From: Octopus vulgaris
Lineage: Eukaryota
Assembly (NCBI GenBank): GCA_951406725.2
Contig: OX597823.1
Location: forward strand, 33,604,001-33,668,000
Length of the DNA: 64,000 bases
Direction: 5' to 3'
Below the pieces are notes generated by a model. It was not told the DNA's origin. It saw only the letters and a list, made by a program, of their open reading frames with translations, and ran no database searches. Positions 54,426-64,000 of this stretch are shown here, in pieces (position 1 is the stretch's first letter; every line of letters starts with the position of its first letter). Both the position numbers and the translations under genes were made by a program.

Positions 54426-54523
54426 ATGCAACTGAAGATTGCTCTACATTTTAAAACTGATGTAATAGTTGCATTCTTGCATTGTTTAATTAAATGGAGT
54501 TGCATGAAACAATCGTACTGCAT
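54426..54523 (+). ncRNA. Type-I HHR with long stem II (sister of 17003-17091)
   Basis: atgcaa-CTGAAGA-ttgc...gcat-GAAA-caatcg-TA-ctgcat. Confidence 0.6.
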
Positions 54524-54553
54524 TACCTCTGGATATCCTTGTTGCTTATTTTG

Positions 54554-54621
<68 letters not shown>

Positions 54622-54694
54622 TAAACACACACACATGTATATATATATATATATATATATATCTATAAATAAATAGACAGAGATAAACACACAC

Positions 54695-54732
<38 letters not shown>

Positions 54733-54753
54733 GTGTGTGTTTATCTCTGTCTA

Positions 54754-54814
<61 letters not shown>

Positions 54815-54984
54815 TGATAAACACATACACATGTATATATATTTATATGTACACACATATATGCTTGTCGGTGTGTTTGTGTGTATATGTATGTAATAGA
54901 CAATATTGAATTTCTTGATCAGAATCCTCATCATTCTATGTCTGCTTTTCCATGCTGTTGGATGGAATAAAGATCCTTCTGGAC

Positions 54985-55200
54985 TCATAAGGTTAGTGTC
55001 CCAGTTTTTGTGGTAAATATATTCCTCCCCTGGATGGGATGTAAGCCTCTTGTAAGCCTCACTCTTGCCAGCTGAGTGGAATGGAGTAACATGAAATGAA
55101 GTGTTTTGCTCAAAAACACAACGCATCACCCAGTCCAGGAATTGAAACCACGATCTTTGGATCATGAGTCCAACACCCCTAACTACTAAACCACATGACC
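54985..55200 (-). mobile_element. tRNA-derived SINE (fourth family)
   Basis: Minus strand GTGGTTTAGTAGTTAGGG...GGTTTCAATTCC, then GTGTTTTTGAGCAAAACACTT. Relatives near 12620-12875, 38790-39005 and 48930-49180. Confidence 0.65.
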
Positions 55201-56918
55201 CCACTGTCATCATTTGGGCAAATAGAGTTTACATTACATGGAATGATGTATATATATATATATGAGTGTGTGTGTGTGTGTGTGTGTGTTTACCTGCGTA
55301 CACACGTACACACTTTAAAACAACTGAAATAGATCTAAATAAGTTTCTATCCCAAGACTTAGAAGATATGCACTCAAGATGGCATGCAGTGGGTTTGAAC
55401 CGGAAACCCCTCTGTTTGGAAGCAAGCTACTTAAATATGCTGCCATGCTGGCTCCAATAGTTATAGACGATAAAATTCATTTAAAGTAATGAGACATTCC
55501 TTTAACTCTATTTCATAAGAATTTTATTAAATTTTTTAGTCTCCCACAGAATATTTGGAATAAAAACTGAAATGAAATTAGGATAAATGTTCATAAAATA
55601 TTATTTTGTTAAGCAAGAAATAGGAAAGAAAAGTTGAGAGATCAGGAGAATATTATTAAATTTATTTAAGCAGCCTTAGTATGGTTTGAGTAATGCAAAT
55701 TAATGACGAGGTATTTATTAACCTATGGGATATTAGAATTTAGTATAAAGTAATGAAAAGTTATAAGAAACAGGGGAGAAACATTCAGATGTCAGGGAAA
55801 TATCATTAAATATTATTAAATTTGTTTAGCTTACACTGGTTTATGTTGAAGGCAAAAAAAAGTTACGATCAATAACCATACAAGAGTACTTGTTCAAGCA
55901 GAATTATGAGAGAGAGGAAGGGTAGACCTTTAGACGTTGGACAAATATCATTAAATATTTGTAGCCCGTCTTAATGTTGGTGTAAAAACGAACAAATTGG
56001 AATAAATGGACATCTAAAAGTATTCATTAAAGTAGATGTTTAAAATTAAAGGAAGGAATTACATTAAATTATTGTGAAGCAGTTACTTTGTATGCATTTA
56101 AGCTTACGGAATTTTGCTAGGAGGAATATATGCATAAACTTCTGGAGAAGTAAGTTCTAAAAGATGTTCAGTTAATAAAAGCTGATTGCTCAGGTGATAA
56201 TAATATATACAACTGTGCATACATACAGGTAAAAGCATATGTGTGTGTTTGAAAGTGTGTGAATATGTGTGAATGTGTGTGTGTGTGTGTGTGTGTGTAT
56301 CCAAAAGAAATCTTTGTTTATGTGTCCGTTTATCCCAATATATCTACATACAAATTACAAATACAAAGATATATAATAATAAAGAGTGTTGTGGGGGAGG
56401 GGGCAAAGTTTAAATATAATCTGCTTTATATATCACCATCATCATCACCACCACCACCTTCATTTTAACGTCCCTGTTTGCATGCGTGCATGGGTCAGAC
56501 AGAATTTGTTGAGGCAGATTTCCTGAGGTCAGATGCTCTTCTTGTTGCCAAGCATCACCTATTTTCAAGCAAAGCAATGTTTCCTTGTGGCTGGGTTTGG
56601 TTCTACAAAATTTTGGTAAGAAATGACACTGCTTGTATGAGAGTGGCACTTGTTTACATCTGTTACACAAACTCAAGGCAAGGAGACAGCACACGCACAC
56701 ACTCATTTACGTAAGCGCATGCATGCACACACACACACACAGTTACATGCAATGGGCTTCTTTCAGTTTCTGTGTACTGAACTCACTCAAAAGGATGTGA
56801 AGTGGAGCTGAACCAGAGATTACTTGATCGGCAAGCAAGGTCCTCAACCACTTAGCTATACCTTGCCTTATCCATGCCAGCAACCATATATGTATAAACA
56901 TACACACACAGACACACA

Positions 56919-56983
<65 letters not shown>

Positions 56984-57294
56984 GGTAGCGAATATTCCCA
57001 GAAATATCACCACTAGTGGCCTAGTATGCTTAAATAGTCAATAGACAACATATTGTCAATATAAAATAGTGTACATTTAAACACAAAATAAAAACTTTTT
57101 CCTTTATTTGCTAAAGAAATTTGAAACCTAGGTATAACCGCAAAAAATAAGGTAAAAGTTTTATTTTTCATTCCCTTTGAAAATTGGTATCACATGTGGT
57201 TTTGGTCATTTTGACTTCTAGCATGTAAAAATTACCTGTTAAAGGTAGTTTTCTCTTGTGATTAATGTACACTATTTTATATTGAGTGTATATA

Positions 57295-57331
<37 letters not shown>

Positions 57332-57430
57332 CTTCTTTCAGTGTCCATCTACCAGATACACTCACAAGGCTTTGGTTGGCCTGAGGCTTTAGTAGAAGAC
57401 AACTGCCCTCTATTTAACCATCTCACATCA

Positions 57431-57476
57431 TCTCTGATGTGGGGATATCCCTAATATGCCAGAAACAGTTGTAAGA
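57431..57476 (+). ncRNA. Decayed type-I HHR (family of 32721)
   Basis: tct-CTGATGT-ggggatat...atatgcca-GAAA-cagttg-TA-aga. Confidence 0.5.
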
Positions 57477-57583
57477 CTAACTTTCTCTTTATGAATATAC
57501 TGAAAATTCCACACAGCCTTGGCTTTGTTGTCTCATTTTATTTAATATATATACCTGTATGTATGCATGTATGTATGTATGTA

Positions 57584-57688
<105 letters not shown>

Positions 57689-58102
57689 CAAGAGAGAGAG
57701 AGAGAGATAATTGTAGAGGGTACAATTATATATCTCTATATATGTATTTTACCCAAAAAGGTTTTCATACGCTGCCCACTGATAAAATTCATTAATTTTA
57801 ATGACTTTATCCTGTAATTATGATTATACACACACACACACACACACACACACGTATGTTATATTTGATGTATGGTATATAATGTATATTATAAATAAAA
57901 GATTTGATATAGTCATATTCATTTAAGTTGACCGTTGAAAGTAGCGATAACTGAAATTTCACACTCAACAGACATTCTTTGCGTGGCATTTCATTGAAAT
58001 GTCACCAGAAGATTGGTTGCAATAATGACAACTTTATAGAAAATGATGATGATGATGATATATACATATATACATACATACATGCATGCATACATACATA
58101 CA

Positions 58103-58204
<102 letters not shown>

Positions 58205-58224
58205 TGTATGTATATATATATGTC

Positions 58225-58290
<66 letters not shown>

Positions 58291-58323
58291 TCTGTATATA
58301 TATATATTCATATATGTCTGTTA

Positions 58324-58375
<52 letters not shown>

Positions 58376-58469
58376 CACACATACATACACATATATATAT
58401 GTATGTTTGTATATATATGTATATATATATATATATATACATATATATATACACACATACATACACATA

Positions 58470-58566
<97 letters not shown>

Positions 58567-59757
58567 AATGCACATATATGCAAATATTTGCACATGTATA
58601 CAGACTCATGTATATCTTATCTGTGTGTGTAACTATGTGATGACCGAAACATTGAAAAAGTGGAATATAAATCTTCATGTATATGTGTATATATGTATAC
58701 ATATATAACATATATATACATCTGTGTGTGTGTGTATGTCTATATACACACATTTGTATATACACATATGATCATTCCTATCATGATTTTGTGTCTACTG
58801 GCATCAGCTGGTTGGATCAACAGAATCTAACTTATTGGCAGACCCAGTCTCACTCTAATCTCTCAATTTTGCTGTGGTTTCTATGGCTGTTTGTCTTTCC
58901 TGCCATCATCCACTTTATATAATGTAACTGGGTACTTTTAGCATAGCACCTGCACTGGTGAGGTTGCCTTGTAACTTGTTAGACAAAAGTGGTCTTACAT
59001 CAAAGAGGAAGAGTAGGAGCAAAGGTGACAATTTTAGGTGAGGAATTTGAGAAGCAAAAGTAGGATTGGAAGAAAAGGTTGACTGTTGGCAGCAGGTGTT
59101 AGTGAAGAGACTAAAAGACAGTGTTGGAGAAGAGAGTGATAAAAGGGAAAGGGAAAGAATAGTGTCAGGGGTTTTTTAGTGTGTGTCAGAGAGTGGTATG
59201 GATGAGAGTAAAGTGGACCAAGTAATTTGGATTAACCCCTTAATATGTATGGGTAGGTAGGATAATTGGAGTGGTGGTGTCTTATTCTCCTTCCCATACT
59301 ATCTTGTAAACCACTCACCCACCTACCCCCTTCTACTTAGCTTGTGCCATGTGGTTCCACCTAGACTCTCATCACCTTTATCTCTTGCAGTTTCTACTGA
59401 TTATTATTTCTTTCTCTCTCTCACTTTTTCCCCTTCTAGATGTGATCATCCATGCAGATCCCTCTCAGGAACCTACTTGTCCCTGCCTCATAGTATTTCC
59501 CTCATCCCTTAGCATGAAGCTGCACCCACATCTCCCATAGGATTTCTATCCCTGCAAACTGCAGGGTAACCTCACTAGTGCAGGTGGAATGATAAAAACA
59601 CTTAGTCTATGCTGTAAAGGGATTGGCTTTAGGAGGGACATCTTACCATAAAAACCATGCTGAAGCAGAGGCTTGATGCAATCTTTGCAGCCATTGCATC
59701 TGGTCAAACTCTACAACTCACGACAGCATATAATGTAGATGTTAAATGATTATGATG

Positions 59758-59803
<46 letters not shown>

Positions 59804-59806
<3 letters not shown>

Positions 59807-60256
59807 CAATAGTAAATCTCTGGACGAGGTATAAACAGTAACTGCACGACAATGTGAAGTATATTTGTCACTTAAATGTGGCTAACCACTAAGGGTGGAT
59901 GTTACTGTAGCTTGTAGCCCCAGCTGGCTATTGACACACTTTCTGTGCCCTATCGGTATTTGCAAAGGGAAGCCATCCTTCCCATCGTTGACCTGACGCG
60001 ATACGCACAGACCCGGGTTTCTGGATATTTACCCATCATCAGCACATGACAATCACCGGTCTTCGATGTGAAGGGGTCCCAATGCAAATACATATATCCT
60101 TTTTCCAGTGACTTTTCGTCACTGATCTCGAAAAAGTGTAAACAAGCAATAATAAATCTCTGAATGAGGTATAAACATTTAGATGTCAAATATATTTCAC
60201 ATTGTCGTGCAATTACTGTTTATACCTTCACATTGTCGTGCAGTTACTGTTTATAA
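59804..60256 (-). mobile_element. Family-A-related HHR cassette: 340-bp monomer plus short inverted arm, after (TA)n
   Basis: Direct repeat at 59804 and 60144. HHR at 60004-60048 (CTGATGA-tgg gtaaatat cca-GAAA-cccggg-TC). Inverted, partly duplicated arm at 60177-60256. Confidence 0.75.
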
Positions 60257-61181
60257 CTGTGGCCTATGCCAGTGCAGCATAACTGGCCCACTTAAGAGTA
60301 CTCTTCAATCATTGCACAATAAACTGTGCTTGACTCAAGTGAAGTCATTGTTGTGGCCTATGCCAGTGCTGCTTGACTAGTCCTGTACCAGTGGCATGTA
60401 AAAAGCACCATTTGAGTGTGGTCATTGACAGTGCTGCCTGATTGGCTCCTGTACCGGTGGTACGTAAAAAGTACCATTCAAGGGTGGTCAACGCCAGTAC
60501 CTCTTGACTGGCCCTTGTGCCAGTAGCACATAAAAAGTACCCACTACACTCTCAGTCAAACTGTCCAACCCATGCCAGCATGGAAAGCAGACGTTAAACA
60601 ACGATGATGATGGTGATATATTTACTTACGCTCACTGTCTGTGTTTTCAGGTTATAAACTCTGTGATTTTCATGAAAACAGTCCATTGTGGAGATGAAGT
60701 ATTCCAGTCAATTTCCTCTTAAACTCAGACTCAAGTGCCTCAAATTAATTTTTTGCAGTTCATTTCTGTTCTCTGGGACCTGAAGATCCAAAAATGTTGT
60801 TAAAAATATTTTCCAGGCATCTATGAAAGTGAAGCAATTCATAAATAACCTCAATACATATGCTCACTCACTCACACAGACATAAATGTTGATAAAGAAA
60901 GAAACCATGTTTAATTTATGGCCTGTTGGAGAGAGAAAATCCCCCTCTGTCTCCTCTTCCTCCTTCTCTGCATCTACCATACAGTTACACCCATGCATAC
61001 ACAAACACACACACACACCAGCAGACAATCAGTGTCATATTTTTCATTTATTTATTATTTATTGGAATGCTAAAATCTTTGTAGGGTTAGTTGAAGGAGG
61101 AAGAGGGTGTAGTGACTATAGCAGACTGACATATCAATCTTACCAAATCAATTTTATTGATATAGATTACAGTACATGTGG

Positions 61182-61678
61182 ACAGGCTGAAAGGCTTCCT
61201 CATGCTCAGACATCTCAGTTTTGGCAAGGTTTCTACACCTGGATGCCTTTCCAAACACCAACCATTTTACAGAGTGAGATAGGTGTGTTTTATTACAGCA
61301 GCACTAGGGAGATGTTACCTTTTACCATGAAATGTTATAGAAATCCAATCGTTGCTATTCTTAGGAGAATCAAAGAGAGGTCAGTTGATGACTTAAGCTG
61401 AGCTTAAGGTGAGGTGTTGGCGGAAATGAACAGGCTGAAAGGCTTTCTCATATTCAGACATCTCAGTTTTGGCAAGGTTTCTACACCTGGATGCCCTTCC
61501 AGACACCAACCATTTTACAGAGTGAGATAGGTGTGTTTTATTACAGCAGCACTAGAGAGGTGTTACCTTCTACCATGAAGTGTTATAGAAACCCAATCGT
61601 TGTTATTCTTAGGAGAATCAAAGAGAAGTCAGTTGATGACTTAAGCTGAGCTTAAGGTGAGGTGTTGGCGGAAATGAA
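61182..61678. repeat. Local tandem duplication, 2 x 248 bp
   Basis: Units start at 61182 and 61430 and are highly similar. Confidence 0.85.
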
Positions 61679-61930
61679 GGTATGATGGTGAGGAAACAGA
61701 TTTATTGCTGTTGGAAGGTAAACCGTCATTTCAGAATCACATTTTTGTGGGGAAAATCAATAAATATTTATTCAACTAAAACGGTATTGAGTAATACTTC
61801 AGTTTAAGATAAAACTGGTTTCATGTGTAACTTTACATGAAAACAAAGTTATATATGTGTGTGTATGCATATATATATGTATGCAAGGATCTATGTATGT
61901 GTGTATGTATGCATGTATGTATGTATGTAC

Positions 61931-61999
<69 letters not shown>

Positions 62000-62037
62000 C
62001 ATATTTTTAGTTTTAGTCTTCCTGTTTGCATCACTGA

Positions 62038-62089
<52 letters not shown>

Positions 62090-62121
62090 ATTATTATTAA
62101 GCTGCAAAAATATCAATCTAT

Positions 62122-62162
62122 ACTGTCTGATGAACAGGAACATGAAACTCTTGAGTAGTAGT
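62122..62162 (+). ncRNA. CpG-decayed type-I HHR (relative of 4744)
   Basis: actgt-CTGATGA-aca ggaa cat-GAAA-ctcttgag-TA-gtagt, flanked by the short inverted repeat 62100-62115 / 62180-62195. Confidence 0.6.
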
Positions 62163-62209
62163 TTATTGTGATATTTTTGTGATGTTTTTGCAGCTGTATA
62201 CAAGTATAA

Positions 62210-62254
<45 letters not shown>

Positions 62255-62299
62255 CACACATATATTTAAATACACACACACACACATATATATATATAC

Positions 62300-62341
<42 letters not shown>

Positions 62342-62354
62342 TTCTCTCTCTCTC

Positions 62355-62385
<31 letters not shown>

Positions 62386-62411
62386 GTATATACATACACA
62401 CATATATTTAC

Positions 62412-62456
<45 letters not shown>

Positions 62457-62477
62457 TACATAACATATATCTATCTA

Positions 62478-62558
<81 letters not shown>

Positions 62559-63789
62559 ATATATATATATATATGAATGTATGTATATGTATGTGGTTGA
62601 ATGTCTTGCATCGACATTGTCATCACCTTTGATGAGCTGTCATATGCAAGTAAACAAAAACATATATGTATACAAGCACCTGTGTCAGTGCCACATAAAC
62701 AGACCCAGCACACTCTGTAAAGTGGTTGGTGTTAGGAAGAGCATCCAGCCGTAGAAACCATGCCACTACAGACAAATGGAGCACACTCCAGCTGACAAGC
62801 TTCTTTCAAACTGTCCAACCCATGCCAGCATGGACAACGGATGTTAAAAGATGATGATGTTGATGGTAATGATATGTACATATATATGTTTTTCTTTCAA
62901 GAAAAATTTCAAATAAATAATACTCTTTTTGTTTAGTTTTTGTAATATCATGACCTCTTTTATCAAAAGAGAAGCAGTACTTCATGGTTTCCAGGGCTCC
63001 TTGAAAGGGAGAGCCCCTACCTCGCAAAGGAGGAGGAGGTGTTTTTCTAAGTCAGAAATAGAAATATTTTATGGCCCAATTATTGCAATACTTGAAATGC
63101 CATTCAACCGATAAATATACAAGTTCAATAACTTACAAAATATTTTTCCTTAGAAATATATGTTTGCAATGACAATTCCTTGGCACAGACTCTTTTGGTG
63201 CATTGCCTGAAGTATCCAATGGATACTTCAGGCAATGTACCAAATGCATGACATAGAGCTTCATTTAGCTTCTATTCACAACAGAACCAGGACAAAGTCA
63301 AATGCAGTGAAGAAACCCATAATTTCACAGAAAGTTATAGTGCCATGTGTATTTGCTGTTAATCATTCCGTCTCTCTTTTCTATGAAAGCCTGATACACC
63401 TGAGTGGTTAATAATCATATTGTACTCAGGTTAATTAGGAATGGAATTAAATAAAGATCCCGGTTGCAACATTTTGAGATGTGTTCAACTTCAATAATGA
63501 CAGCCTCACACTGGATGTTGAATCTATTGCTGTTGGCTGACATCAATGGTGATAAAGATCTGGTCTGAAGTGAAGGATTTTGCAGAAAACAAATAAAAGT
63601 ATGCAAAAAATCATCATCATCATCATCGTTTAATGTCTGCTTTCCATGCTGGCATGGGTTGGACAGTTTGATTGAGGACTGGCGAATGAGATGACTGCAC
63701 AAGGCTCCAATCTGATCTGGCAGAGTTTCTACAGCTGGATGCCCTCCCTAACACCAAAAAGAAAAATAGGGAAAGATAACACCTTCTTA

Positions 63790-63984
63790 AATAGTGTCAC
63801 CCTTTATTCAGCATGTGACAAGACTGGCCTTTCTAAGGCTGGCTTGACCTCACATCTCAGGACTTACAATACATTTGGCCCAAGTAGCACAAAGATCATC
63901 CCAGCAGACAAGCTCATATCCCATATTTGTAATAAGACATGCAATTCCTGCACTGGCCTGAAAAGGTATCTAAAAGGCATTTAA
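63790..63984 (+). mobile_element. Remnant of LINE C-terminal C2H2 zinc fingers (RTE-like)
   Basis: ...ACDKTGLSKAGLTSHLRT... and ...HICNKTCNSCTGLKRYLK resemble CxxC...GLxSHxRxH LINE tails. Decayed. Confidence 0.5.
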
Positions 63985-64000
63985 ACCAGACAGGGCAAAC

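Noticed and set aside
61182-61678. 248-bp tandem as a possible retrozyme dimer (TTGATGA-cttaagctgagcttaag)
   Set aside because: No GAAA/UH follows the hairpin and the unit contains a SINE fragment. It is best explained as a simple local duplication.

Overview
Eukaryotic, AT- and microsatellite-rich animal DNA. The repeat repertoire looks like an octopus/coleoid cephalopod genome; this is inference only. The only supported host coding sequence is the first coding exon of a PDE8-type cAMP phosphodiesterase (772-963, MGCAPSI..., GTAAGT donor). The rest appears to be its very large first intron, filled with simple repeats, tRNA-derived SINEs, TTAA-flanked MITEs and LINE fragments (L1/Tx1-like, R4-like, RTE, CR1/L2-like). 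Almost all ORFs in the supplied track are microsatellite artefacts. The main hidden signal is about 20 minimal type-I hammerhead ribozyme (HHR) motifs from at least 8 unrelated non-coding families. They sit in partial-tandem and fold-back cassettes (monomers of about 151, 340-355 and 500 nt) inserted into (TA)n/(TAA)n tracts, typical of Penelope-like element (PLE) derivatives or non-LTR retrozymes. In two independent families the fold-back apex coincides with the predicted ribozyme cleavage site. One family fuses a tRNA-like Pol III head, an (AAT)n spacer and an HHR. Another carries a conserved, covarying multi-hairpin RNA domain next to the HHR.
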